Shown here in pieces: positions 38,573 through 49,256 of a DNA stretch of 64,000 nucleotides. Each line of letters starts with the position of its first letter. Within the stretch, counting starts at the first letter, position 1. A program made the translations under genes and the position numbers. A model generated the notes under the pieces. That model was given only the letters and a program-made list of their open reading frames with translations, had not been told where the DNA came from and did no database searches. The DNA comes from an uncultured Chitinophagaceae bacterium (GTDB lineage Bacteria; Bacteroidota; Bacteroidia; Chitinophagales; CAIOSU01): NCBI GenBank assembly GCA_964518215.1, contig CAZFFP010000006.1, positions 13,704-77,703 of the forward strand, given 5' to 3'.

Positions 38573-39507
38573 ATAGAAGTTGCTTCGGTTTTAATTATTT
38601 CTTGAATAAAACTTTTAATGTCGTAATAAGCCTTCAGGGCATTTTTGTCTGCGCGCGGCAAATTGAAAAATCCATGAATCAGTTGAGGATATTCATAGTA
38701 AACTACATGATTATTATACTCTTTCAATTGGTGATAATATTTTTTTCCATCGTCTATCAATGGGTCAAATTCGGCAGTTAGAATAAGTGCGGGAGCCATG
38801 TTTGAAAAATCGGTTTCATAACAAGGTGACACTTTGGGATGGCATTGGTCTTCCACGCGAGGGGTGTATTGTTTCTGAAACCAAAACATGGTTTCTTTGG
38901 TGAGCATGTATCCTTCTCCGTTGCGGTCAATAGAAGGATTGTTGAGTTTGCCGTCAATCCACGGATACACCATGATTTGCGCCAACAACGGAATATTATT
39001 TTGTTTGCAGTAATGTGCCATACATGCAGCCAGATTGCCACCCGCGCTGTCGCCCGCTACTATAAGTTTATCTGCATTGCCTCCCAAGTCGGCAATGTTT
39101 TCGCGCACCCAATGAATGGCAGTATAACCGTCTTCGTGCGCGGCAGGAAAAGAAAATTCAGGAGCTAAGCGGTAATCTACCGAAACCACTATGCAGTGAT
39201 TCATGGCGCACAATCGCCTACACACATAATCGTGCGAATTCAATCCATACAACACAAAACCTCCTCCGTGAAAATAGAGTATCACCGGCTGATTTTTTTC
39301 TTCGGAATTATTATAAATACGAATAGGCAGCTCACCGGCTTTAGTATCGGTGATGCGTGCAATATTTATTTTTTTATCGAACAAAACAGAGCCTAATTGC
39401 GCAGCTTTTTCGGCTTCCTTTCGCATGGCTTTAATGTTGGGGCGAACAGGGTCTAAAGGTTTTTTTAGTTTGGCAAAAAGCAAAACAGTTTTAATTTTCC
39501 AGTTCAT
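38560..39507 (-). CDS. Alpha/beta hydrolase, hormone-sensitive-lipase-like esterase (family IV)
   Basis: 315 aa. Oxyanion HGGGF, nucleophile GDSAGG, and C-terminal His in QLIHGF. Confidence 0.88.
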   Translation of the reverse strand: MNWKIKTVLLFAKLKKPLDPVRPNIKAMRKEAEKAAQLGSVLFDKKINIARITDTKAGELPIRIYNNSEEKNQPVILYFHGGGFVLYGLNSHDYVCRRLCAMNHCIVVSVDYRLAPEFSFPAAHEDGYTAIHWVRENIADLGGNADKLIVAGDSAGGNLAACMAHYCKQNNIPLLAQIMVYPWIDGKLNNPSIDRNGEGYMLTKETMFWFQKQYTPRVEDQCHPKVSPCYETDFSNMAPALILTAEFDPLIDDGKKYYHQLKEYNNHVVYYEYPQLIHGFFNLPRADKNALKAYYDIKSFIQEIIKTEATSIKGG

Positions 39508-39600
39508 GGTTCTTTGTTATTGATTATTTTATGCAAGATATAATCAAAGGTTGGATATTTGCTGTGGTTTAATATGCCGTTTTTTAATTCGTAACAAAAA

Positions 39601-41520
39601 ATGAATCGCTTCCAAACGGTTTTAACTTCTGTCATTGTATTTGTTGTTGCAGTTATATTGCTCAGCCTGAATGCTTCGTTCGATGCGTTGGGCTTTGCTG
39701 ATGCGGGCGAGTTTGCATTGGTAACAAAAATTCTGACTATTGCGCATCCGCCCGGCACGCCTTCGTATGTTTTTACGGCTTGGTTTTTCGGAAAAATATT
39801 TTCGCTTTTCAACAGCAGCCACATAGCCAATATGGTTGTGTTCTCGATACTTTGTGGCGCGGCAAGCGGTGTGTTGCTGCACATTTCAGTGGCGAAAATT
39901 TTTCGTCATGCCTTTCCTGAATTTGCTTCGCTTCACGTGCAACTCTGCGGCATATTCACGGCATTGAGTTATATGGTCGGAGTTACTTTTTGGTATTGGG
40001 CACATGCCGTTGAAGTGTATTCGTTTCACAACATGGCTTTCGGCATGTTGTTGTTGGGTTTAACTGCTTTTCATTTCGAAAGAAAAAAATGGCAGTTGAT
40101 TTTAGCGGCTGTTGGTTTGGGCTTAGGCTTATCTAATCATCACCTGACCGTGGTTTTGTTCATGCCTTTCATTCCGGTGTTTTTCGCCAAAAATATTTTT
40201 ACTGCTGCGCCTGTTATTTCCTCCGGAAAAAAATCGCAAAAGCTCAAGCCTTCCTTTTTTGAAACCATTGTTTCACATAAAAAAGATTTCATGATGATGG
40301 CGGGTATCACAACAGCGGTTATGTTATTTTTCTACGGAATGATGGTGCTGCGTGCGCAGGCAGATTTGCCTTTTAAATTTGGCAGCCCCGATAATTTGGA
40401 CCGATTGATATATCACCTGTCGGGTGGCGCCTGGGCAAAAAATACCGCACAGCAAGTGGAAGGGATTATTAGTATGCGGTTTCCGTATTTCATGCAACTC
40501 ACTTGGGAACAATTGATGGGCGCAACCTTCATCATTGCAGCGGGAGTTTTTTTCGCGCTTCAAAACAAATTGCGACTGATTTTGCTGCCTACTTTGATTT
40601 ATTATCTGATAGTGCTATTCTATCAGTTGCGCATTGACCAAACTGCCGATACCGATTCCTACATGATACTGCCCTTTTACGCGCTGTATCTGTTGGCTCC
40701 TTTCGGAATATTATTATTCACAAAATATTTTAAACACGCATGGACAACGTTGCCTATAATTTTTGTGGTGTCAACTGCTATGAATTTTTCCAAAGCCGAC
40801 AGCCGCGATTACAATGTGAGCGCCAACATTATGAAAACCTTAGACGCATCAACGCCCGAAGGAAGTGTGGTAATTGTAGCCGACTGGACTACCGTTTCTC
40901 AATACTATTACTATCGCATCGGTGAAAATTTCAGAACCGATTTGGTATTGCTCAATTACGATTTGAAGTTTACGCATTATCGCATTTTGCCTTTGATGTA
41001 TCCCGAAATGTATGAGTTTGTTCAGAAAGAATATGACGAGTTTATCCGCTTGTTGAAAAAATATCATCCGCATCAGGCATACAACACCGGTTGCAGTTTG
41101 GATAATATGGAACTGAACAACGCTTATCGTGCGCTCACTTTCAAAATACAGAAATATGCCCAGTCGAAAAATGTTCCGTTCATGGCAGACCCTAAAACTT
41201 TTGTGTTTTATCTGCGCGATAATTTAATGTCCTCCGGTTCGCATGTGTCGGGCATGTTTGTGTCTGACAAGCCCACCGGATTGGCAAAAGATTTTCTGAA
41301 TCTCGACTATCAATGGCTGCGCTCCAAACGTCTGCTGCGCGACCCTGCCGCAGCCGATAAATTAGTGGATTTGGAAGCCATGCTCGATTTTCACCGCAAT
41401 TATTATCGTTCCTTAGGCGACCAAGAATCGCTACAAAAAGCCGAAGCCTCTCATCAGCGAGTGAAGCATCTGCAAAAGGAAATGAAATCGAACATGCAGT
41501 TTTTGTTTCGGGCAAAATAA
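39601..41520 (+). CDS. DUF2723 / TMEM260-like polytopic membrane protein (GT-C-type glycosyltransferase fold candidate)
   Basis: 639 aa. N-terminal signature ADAGEFALVTKILTIAHPPGTPSYVF, about 10 TM helices, and a soluble C-terminal domain. Confidence 0.75.
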   Translation: MNRFQTVLTSVIVFVVAVILLSLNASFDALGFADAGEFALVTKILTIAHPPGTPSYVFTAWFFGKIFSLFNSSHIANMVVFSILCGAASGVLLHISVAKIFRHAFPEFASLHVQLCGIFTALSYMVGVTFWYWAHAVEVYSFHNMAFGMLLLGLTAFHFERKKWQLILAAVGLGLGLSNHHLTVVLFMPFIPVFFAKNIFTAAPVISSGKKSQKLKPSFFETIVSHKKDFMMMAGITTAVMLFFYGMMVLRAQADLPFKFGSPDNLDRLIYHLSGGAWAKNTAQQVEGIISMRFPYFMQLTWEQLMGATFIIAAGVFFALQNKLRLILLPTLIYYLIVLFYQLRIDQTADTDSYMILPFYALYLLAPFGILLFTKYFKHAWTTLPIIFVVSTAMNFSKADSRDYNVSANIMKTLDASTPEGSVVIVADWTTVSQYYYYRIGENFRTDLVLLNYDLKFTHYRILPLMYPEMYEFVQKEYDEFIRLLKKYHPHQAYNTGCSLDNMELNNAYRALTFKIQKYAQSKNVPFMADPKTFVFYLRDNLMSSGSHVSGMFVSDKPTGLAKDFLNLDYQWLRSKRLLRDPAAADKLVDLEAMLDFHRNYYRSLGDQESLQKAEASHQRVKHLQKEMKSNMQFLFRAK

Positions 41521-41569
41521 TGCTGACAAGTGTGCAATTGTATAAAATTGTTTGCGGTAATCCCCCACT

Positions 41570-41591
41570 GGTAGTAGCGTCCGCTACTACC
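41570..41591 (+). other. Perfect 9-bp hairpin without U-tract downstream of the DUF2723 gene
   Basis: ggtagtagc GTCC gctactacc, 50 nt after the stop codon. Confidence 0.5.
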
Positions 41592-41646
41592 TAAAACATG
41601 ACAAAATCTACGCTCATTATATTCTTTGCTTTTCAAAAGTTCTGCT

Positions 41647-41870
41647 GGAATCATGTTGCAGCAATCATCCCCCTGCCTTTATCCCTACTCTACGCAGTAG
41701 GAGACATCGCTCGGCTGCGAAGGCATCGCTCAAGGGGGACTTATCAGCAATGATTCCATCAAAAACGAAACTTCAAAATTCGGACAAGCTAAATGTCCCC
41801 CTTGCGCGTAGATTGGTGCGTTGGGGAAGGGGGCGTGCGGCAGCCTTGCAGCCATGCAGAGGGATGATAA
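41647..41870. other. GC-rich structured intergenic element of unknown nature
   Basis: Outer stem ggaatcat (41647-54) / atgattcc (41750-57). Inner stem tccccct (41668-74) / aggggga (41733-39). Nested hairpin cctact/agtagg (41684-41701). Second hairpin ccccctt (41796-802) / aaggggg (41827-33). GC content is locally far above the flanks, and no ORF is present. Confidence 0.4.
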
Positions 41871-41961
41871 AAAAGAAAACTCTTACTTGAATTACAAAAA
41901 AATCCCGCCAAAATTCATTGACAGAACTTTATAACCTTATAACTTTTGAACCTTATCTTTT

Positions 41962-42852
41962 CTACGCCCCTTTCAAAGCCGCAGCGCCTGCCACAATTTC
42001 AGAAAGTTCGGTAGTGATAGCCGCCTGACGCGCACGGTTGTAGCTGATGCGCAGGCTCTTCAATATTTCGTTGGCATTTTCGGTGGCTTTGTCCATAGCG
42101 GTCATGCGGGCACCATGCTCAGAAGCATTGGTATCTAACAAGCCTTTGAAGAATTGTATTTTCAGAATTTTCGGAATCAGCGTTTCGATGATTTCGGTTT
42201 TCTCCGGTTCGAAAATAAAATCGGCTTTGTTTTCTTTTTCGTTGGCAGCAGTTGCTTCCACTTTGGTAATAGGAAGGAAATTTTCTACAGTAAAAACCTG
42301 CGTGGCAGCATTTTTAAACTGGCTGTAAACTATTTCTACCGAATCGTATTGTTTGGAAACATAGCTGCCCATAATGCCTTCGGCTACTTGAGCCACATCG
42401 TCAAAATTAAGATTGGCTAACAATTCTACATGCGTATCAATAACATCATAAGGATACTTGCGGAAAAACTGCACACTCTTTTTACCGATACACATGACGC
42501 TGACATTTTTTGGATTCAACGAAGCATATTGTGTGCGGATATGGTTCAAAGCAGCTTTGTTCACATTGGTATTGAAAGCGCCACAAAGACCACGGCTGGA
42601 AGTCATCACTACCACGAGCGCGTTTTGCAGTTCGCGTGCGGTGGACAAATCAATGGTTACATCACCTTCTGCTGCCGTAACAATATTGCTCAGCATTTCA
42701 GAAAGTTTTTGCGAATACGGACGCATTTGCACAATACGGTCTTGCGCACGTCTCAACTTAGCAGCAGAAACCATTTTCATGGCTTTGGTAATCTGCTGTG
42801 TAGAGATAACCGATTTGATCCTGCTTCTGACTTCTTTTAACTGTCCTGCCAT
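41962..42852 (-). CDS. atpG: F1 ATP synthase gamma subunit
   Basis: 296 aa. N-terminus LKEVRSRIKSVISTQQITKAMKMVSAAKLRRAQ and C-terminus ITTELSEIVAGAAAL. Confidence 0.95.
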   Translation of the reverse strand: MAGQLKEVRSRIKSVISTQQITKAMKMVSAAKLRRAQDRIVQMRPYSQKLSEMLSNIVTAAEGDVTIDLSTARELQNALVVVMTSSRGLCGAFNTNVNKAALNHIRTQYASLNPKNVSVMCIGKKSVQFFRKYPYDVIDTHVELLANLNFDDVAQVAEGIMGSYVSKQYDSVEIVYSQFKNAATQVFTVENFLPITKVEATAANEKENKADFIFEPEKTEIIETLIPKILKIQFFKGLLDTNASEHGARMTAMDKATENANEILKSLRISYNRARQAAITTELSEIVAGAAALKGA

Positions 42853-42856
42853 TTTT

Positions 42857-42900
42857 TTCGATTTTCGACTTTACGATTTTCGATATTCGACTTGCAACAC
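42857..42900. repeat. Imperfect tandem duplication in the atpA-atpG spacer
   Basis: TTCGATTTTCGACTT (42857-71) and TTCGATATTCGACTT (42879-93) match at 14/15 positions with a 22-nt period. TTCGA occurs 4 times. Confidence 0.6.
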
Positions 42901-42935
42901 TTTTGTTGCCTATCGCCTATCGAAGGGTCGCACAT

Positions 42936-44516
42936 CTATTTTGCATATTTCAACGCCACATCTTTAGCCACTTGCTCCAAAACTTTGGTAGCTTCATCAC
43001 TCAAGTTGCCTTTTGCCAATTCGGCTAAAGTATTCTTATGGCTGGCTTCCAAATGTGTGAGGTAATCGGCTTCAAATTCTTTTATTTTATTCACCGGAAT
43101 GCTTTGCAACAAACCTTTGGTGCCCAAATAAATGATGGCGATTTGCTGGTCCACACGGAACGGTTGGAATTGTCCTTGTTTCAGAATTTCTACGTTACGT
43201 GCGCCTTTGTCCAATACCGATTTTGTAGCGGCATCCAAATCGGAACCGAATTTAGAGAAGGCTTCCAATTCGCGATATTGCGCCTGGTCTAACTTCAAAG
43301 TTCCGGCTACTTTTTTCATAGACTTAATCTGTGCATTACCACCTACACGCGATACCGAAATACCCACGTTAATAGCCGGGCGCACACCTGAGTTAAAGAG
43401 GTTCGATTCTAGGAAAATCTGACCATCGGTAATTGAAATTACGTTGGTAGGGATATATGCGGAAACGTCACCCGCTTGTGTTTCGATAATCGGCAAAGCG
43501 GTTAAAGAACCACCGCCTTTAACCAAATGTTTAATGCTATCGGGCAAATCGTTCATTTGCTGTGCAATAGAATCTCTGTTGATGACCTTTGCAGCACGCT
43601 CCAACAAACGGCTGTGAAGATAGAACACGTCACCGGGATAGGCTTCGCGTCCAGGAGGTCTGCGCAATAACAAGGATACTTCGCGATAAGCCACGGCTTG
43701 TTTCGACAAATCGTCATAAATAATCAAAGCCGGACGACCGGTGTCTCGGAAAAATTCACCGATAGCGCAACCGCTGAAAGGCGAGAAGAACTGCAAAGGA
43801 GCAGGCTCTGAAGCAGAAGCAGCCACAATTGTGGTATATGCCATAGCTCCATATTTCTGAAGGGTTTGAGCCACCGCAGCCACGGTAGATGCTTTCTGTC
43901 CGGAAGCTACGTAGATACAATAAACAGGCTCCCCTTTATCGTAAAATTCTTTTTGATTGATGATGGTGTCAATGGCAATGGCGGTTTTACCGGTTTGGCG
44001 GTCACCGATAATCAACTCGCGCTGTCCGCGACCAATCGGAATCATAGCATCAATCGCTTTGATACCGGTTTGCAACGGCTCGTTCACCGGCTGACGATAG
44101 ATAACGCCCGGAGCTTTTCTTTCCAAAGGCATTTCATATAACTCACCTTGAATAGGACCTTTGCCGTCAATGGGTTCGCCCAAAGCGTTCACAATTCTTC
44201 CTACTACGCCTTCGCCTACTTTAATAGAAGCGATTTTGCCGGTGCGTTTTACGGTAGCGCCTTCCTTGATACCGTCAGAAGAACCCATCAATACCACACC
44301 CACATTATCTTCTTCCAGATTCAACACGATGGCTTTCACACCGTTTTCAAATTCTACCAATTCGCCTGAGCGGGCATTGTTCAATCCGTAAATACGGGCA
44401 ATACCATCGCCCACTTGCAATACTGTTCCTACTTCTTCGAGTTCGGCTTGTGTTTTGAATCCTGAAAGTTGTTGTCTCAGAATCGCTGATATTTCATCAG
44501 GTTTTACTTCAACCAT
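42936..44516 (-). CDS. atpA: F1 ATP synthase alpha subunit
   Basis: 526 aa. Walker A GDRQTGKT, full-length alpha pattern. Confidence 0.97.
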   Translation of the reverse strand: MVEVKPDEISAILRQQLSGFKTQAELEEVGTVLQVGDGIARIYGLNNARSGELVEFENGVKAIVLNLEEDNVGVVLMGSSDGIKEGATVKRTGKIASIKVGEGVVGRIVNALGEPIDGKGPIQGELYEMPLERKAPGVIYRQPVNEPLQTGIKAIDAMIPIGRGQRELIIGDRQTGKTAIAIDTIINQKEFYDKGEPVYCIYVASGQKASTVAAVAQTLQKYGAMAYTTIVAASASEPAPLQFFSPFSGCAIGEFFRDTGRPALIIYDDLSKQAVAYREVSLLLRRPPGREAYPGDVFYLHSRLLERAAKVINRDSIAQQMNDLPDSIKHLVKGGGSLTALPIIETQAGDVSAYIPTNVISITDGQIFLESNLFNSGVRPAINVGISVSRVGGNAQIKSMKKVAGTLKLDQAQYRELEAFSKFGSDLDAATKSVLDKGARNVEILKQGQFQPFRVDQQIAIIYLGTKGLLQSIPVNKIKEFEADYLTHLEASHKNTLAELAKGNLSDEATKVLEQVAKDVALKYAK

Positions 44517-44530
44517 TGTTTAAATTTTTA

Positions 44531-45103
44531 TCAGTTTTTAGAATATACCAAATTGATGTATTGATTATTGCTCAACTCTTTTTTCAACGCTTTGATACTG
44601 CGCAGAATACTGTTGTCAATCATTTTGTCTTCATACTGCACTACGAAACCGCCAATCAGATTTTCATTCACTTCAGTTACCAGTTCGATAGTTTCAAGAT
44701 TGGCTTCTTTCTTCAGCTTATTCAACACATCGTCAATAAACGATTGGTCGAGCGCGGTGGCAGTAGTAATTTTAACAGGGGTAATATTTCTTTTGGCATT
44801 ATATAATGTGCGGAAAGATTTTACCACATCGGGCAAATATCCTTCACGACCTTTTTTAATCATGATATTGAAAAATGCCAAAGTCATGTCGCTTACTTTT
44901 CCTTTGAAAATTTGCGCGATGACGTTTTCTTTTTTATCGGCATTAATCACGGGGCTTTTCAGAAACACCACCAACTCTCTGCTTTGTGTCATGGCAGTTT
45001 CTGCAAGTTGCATATCTGCATTTACCTTTTCTAATTGATTTTGTTCAATAGCAAGGTCGAGAACCGATTTGGCGTAGCGGGAAGCGAGTTTAAAAGCAGA
45101 CAT
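44531..45103 (-). CDS. atpH: F1 ATP synthase delta (OSCP) subunit
   Basis: 190 aa. Supported by its position between atpF and atpA and an OSCP-like pattern (ASRYAKSVLDLA ... GGFVVQYEDKMIDNS). Confidence 0.85.
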   Translation of the reverse strand: MSAFKLASRYAKSVLDLAIEQNQLEKVNADMQLAETAMTQSRELVVFLKSPVINADKKENVIAQIFKGKVSDMTLAFFNIMIKKGREGYLPDVVKSFRTLYNAKRNITPVKITTATALDQSFIDDVLNKLKKEANLETIELVTEVNENLIGGFVVQYEDKMIDNSILRSIKALKKELSNNQYINLVYSKN

Positions 45104-45109
45104 GCGCGG

Positions 45110-45604
45110 TTAGTTCAATTTGGTTTCGGCTAATAATTCGGCTGCATATTTCTGTTGCGCATCTTTGCCCGACAATTCTTTGCGAAGCATTTTTTCGGCA
45201 AGTTCGATAGCCAGTAATCCTACTTGGTTTTTCACTTCGGTGATGGCGGCTAATTTCTGATTTTCAATTTCGGCACGGGCTTCGATAATGAATTTGCCGG
45301 CTTCAGCTTTGGCTGTTTCGCGGGCATCTTCCAGAATTTTTTCTCCGGCATTTTTAGCTTCTCTCAAAATAATGGCGCGCTCTTCTTTAGCTTCTGCCAA
45401 AAGTTTTTCATTGTCGGAAGTCATTTTCGCCATTTCATCGCGGGCTTTCTCTGCTTGCTGCAAAGCCACTTCAATGCTCACTTCGCGCTCCTTCACCGCA
45501 TTGAGAATGGGTGTCCATGCAAATTTTTTCAGCAAAAAAAGCAATGATAAAAAAGCGATTGTAGTCCAAAAAACAAGGCCTATGCCGGGAGTTACGAGTT
45601 CCAT
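45110..45604 (-). CDS. atpF: Fo ATP synthase subunit b
   Basis: 164 aa. One N-terminal TM helix followed by a long charged helix. Confidence 0.88.
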   Translation of the reverse strand: MELVTPGIGLVFWTTIAFLSLLFLLKKFAWTPILNAVKEREVSIEVALQQAEKARDEMAKMTSDNEKLLAEAKEERAIILREAKNAGEKILEDARETAKAEAGKFIIEARAEIENQKLAAITEVKNQVGLLAIELAEKMLRKELSGKDAQQKYAAELLAETKLN

Positions 45605-45721
45605 AATCTTTTTACTTCGGGTTTTCAGATTTCAGATTTCTGAATTTTCAGAAGGCTAAAACCTGAAATCTATGTGATGAAATATTTTACTTTTGTTAAT
45701 TCTAGAAACTTTTCAACGAAC

Positions 45722-45756
45722 AAGGAAAAGAAAGCCGGCAACCATCCGTTGCCGAC
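45722..45756 (-). terminator. Intra-operon terminator-like hairpin after atpE
   Basis: cggcaac (45736-42) / gttgccg (45748-54) with a 5-nt loop. On the minus strand it is followed by ctttcttttcctt, 18 nt after the atpE stop. Confidence 0.5.
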
Positions 45757-45773
45757 TGTTCTTTTCTTCAAAC

Positions 45774-47121
<1,348 letters not shown>

Positions 47122-47146
47122 TGCAGGAGGTTTTAAAATTGCGGTG

Positions 47147-47177
47147 CAAAAGTAGATGTTTTTAATGGAACCGCAAA
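47147..47177 (-). promoter_or_regulatory. Candidate Bacteroidota sigma-A promoter of the atp operon
   Basis: On the minus strand, TTTG (47177-47174), a 19-nt spacer, then TACTTTTG (47154-47147). This is an exact match to -33 TTTG / -7 TAnnTTTG, placed between the upstream terminator and the proposed atpB start. Confidence 0.5.
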
Positions 47178-47191
47178 CGAATGTCGGCAAT

Positions 47192-47226
47192 TTAAAAAAG
47201 AACGCCCCTGCCAGAAGGCAGAGGCG
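47192..47226 (-). terminator. Rho-independent terminator of the zinc-peptidase gene
   Basis: cgcccctgcc (47203-12) / ggcagaggcg (47217-26), 9 of 10 pairs, loop agaa. On the minus strand it is followed by ttcttttttaaa. Confidence 0.8.
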
Positions 47227-47256
47227 AAAATATAGTTTAATGGGGGCAGGCGCGGC

Positions 47257-47931
47257 TTAATCTCTTCTTCCCAGAAATATACTGATGTAATAAAGCAGGG
47301 TTACCAATGAACCAATGGCAGCCACCACATAGGTTCTGGCAGCCCATCTTAAAGCGTCCTGTGCTTGTTCGTGCTCGGTATTATAGGTAATGCCCGCACG
47401 ATTCAGCCAAACCAAAGCACGATTAGATGCATCATACTCCACCGGAAGTGTAACAAAACTGAAAATTGTAGTCATGGCAAACATCACAATGCCTGCTAAA
47501 AGCAAATAAGGAAAAGTATTGATGAGCAAAATACCGCCAATCAAAACCCAGGTAAGCCAACGCGAAGCGAAACTCACCACCGGAACTAATTTAGAGCGCA
47601 TACCCAGCCATGCATAAGCATCGGCATGTTGCACGGCATGTCCGCACTCGTGTGCCGAAACAGCCGCTGCTGCTACACTCACACCATGATAAACTTCTGG
47701 GCTGAGGTTTACTGTTTTATCTGCGGGGTTGTAATGGTCCGTCAGGAAGCCATCAACCGAAGTAATTTTCACATCATAAATGCCGTGGTCGTGCAGCATT
47801 TTTTCGGCTACTTCTTTTCCGGTCATGCCGCTGATGAGGCGGGCTTCCGAATACTCACTAAACTTACTTTTCAGGCGGTAACTAACAAACCAGCTTGCCG
47901 CCATAATTCCAATCATAATTACCCAAATCAT
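47257..47931 (-). CDS. Putative neutral zinc metallopeptidase (YugP-like, Zn_peptidase_2)
   Basis: 224 aa. HECGHAVQH zinc motif, one N-terminal and several C-terminal TM helices. Confidence 0.85.
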   Translation of the reverse strand: MIWVIMIGIMAASWFVSYRLKSKFSEYSEARLISGMTGKEVAEKMLHDHGIYDVKITSVDGFLTDHYNPADKTVNLSPEVYHGVSVAAAAVSAHECGHAVQHADAYAWLGMRSKLVPVVSFASRWLTWVLIGGILLINTFPYLLLAGIVMFAMTTIFSFVTLPVEYDASNRALVWLNRAGITYNTEHEQAQDALRWAARTYVVAAIGSLVTLLYYISIFLGRRD

Positions 47932-48086
47932 AGTGTTTCGTTTTTTAGTGTTTTAAATTTTATGGTTCTAAAGTTATAGTGTTGCAAGGTTGGAAAGTGC
48001 GTTTTGATTTAAACTTTACAACTTTTTAACCTTACAACGATTTTTTCGGAATGCAGTCTTTATTACAAAATATGTGCCCCGAAAGT

Positions 48087-49100
48087 TCAAGCGGCTATTT
48101 GTGCCGATTGATAAACTTCTTCATCGGTATAAACTGACTTAATGTCATGCAATACTGCCTTCAATTCTTCAATATTATCGAAACTTACAAGTTTCTGACG
48201 ATAAGGTTTAATGTTAGGGAAACCTCTGAAATAATTGGTGTAATGCCTTCGCATTTCCAATACGCCCAACTTGTCGCCTTTCCATTTTATAGAAAAAAGT
48301 AAATGCTCCAGACAAGCTTCCACTCTTTCATTTACTGAAGGAGGGGCAAGCATCTCGCCTGTTTTCAGATAATGTTTTATTTCATTGAAAATCCACGGAT
48401 AGCCTATGGACGCTCTGCCAACCATAATACCATCTACACCATATCGGTCGCGGAGTATTTGAGCTTTTTGAGGGCTGTCCACATCACCATTGCCAAATAT
48501 GGGAATTTTGATACGCGGATTTTCTTTGATGCGCCCAATCAAAGTCCAGTCGGCTTCGCCTTTATACATCTGCACGCGCGTTCTGCCATGAACAGACAGC
48601 GCCTGAATACCAATATCCTGCAATCTTTCTGCTACTTCTTCCACGTTTTTAGTGTTATCGTCCCAACCCAAACGGGTTTTTACGGTTACGGGCAAATGAG
48701 TGACTTTCACAATTTCAGAAGTCATTTGCACCATCTTGGGAATATCTCTGAGCAATGCCGCACCGGCACCTTTACATGCCACCTGCTTCACGGGACAACC
48801 GTAGTTGATGTCTATTAAATCAGGATGAGCTTGTGTGGCAATAATGGCAGCTTCTTTCATACTTTCTATTTCGCTGCCAAAAATTTGAATACCGATAGGT
48901 CGCTCATATTCAAATATGTCTAACTTCTGCCTGCTTTTCACGGCATCTCTTATCAGTCCTTCGGAAGAGATAAATTCTGTAAACATCAAATCGGCTCCGT
49001 GTTTTTTGCACAGGGCACGAAAAGGCGGATCGCTCACATCTTCCATGGGAGCAAGCAGCAGCGGAAATTCGCCTAATGATATGTTGCTGATTTTGACCAT
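48087..49100 (-). CDS. dusB: tRNA-dihydrouridine synthase
   Basis: LLLAPMEDVSDPPFR, DINYGCPV, TVKTRLGWD, and a TIM-barrel FMN pattern. ATG at 49100 is preferred over the TTG at 49169. Confidence 0.9.
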   Translation of the reverse strand: MVKISNISLGEFPLLLAPMEDVSDPPFRALCKKHGADLMFTEFISSEGLIRDAVKSRQKLDIFEYERPIGIQIFGSEIESMKEAAIIATQAHPDLIDINYGCPVKQVACKGAGAALLRDIPKMVQMTSEIVKVTHLPVTVKTRLGWDDNTKNVEEVAERLQDIGIQALSVHGRTRVQMYKGEADWTLIGRIKENPRIKIPIFGNGDVDSPQKAQILRDRYGVDGIMVGRASIGYPWIFNEIKHYLKTGEMLAPPSVNERVEACLEHLLFSIKWKGDKLGVLEMRRHYTNYFRGFPNIKPYRQKLVSFDNIEELKAVLHDIKSVYTDEEVYQSAQIAA

Positions 49101-49256
49101 GCTGGTTTTAGTGCTTAGTTTGTGGGCTTTCTCAATTTTAAATCCGGTGCAAAAATAAGGTTTTTGCAAAAGGCAATTTTCAGGCTATGAGGCCCTAACT
49201 AATTTTAGCACGACAAATAGCTTTTATAACACAAAAATGAAAATGCCGATAAAGCA

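Noticed and set aside
39504-39884. 126-aa minus-strand ORF overlapping the DUF2723 gene start.
   Set aside because: It is antisense to a strongly supported membrane-protein gene and has no motifs.
41640-41880. The GC-rich element as SRP RNA, RNase P RNA or 6S RNA.
   Set aside because: Read by eye on either strand, there is no GGAA-tetraloop/AGCAGCC domain IV motif, no GAGGAAAGTCC P4 motif, and no long imperfect duplex with a central bubble. It is kept only as an unclassified structured element.
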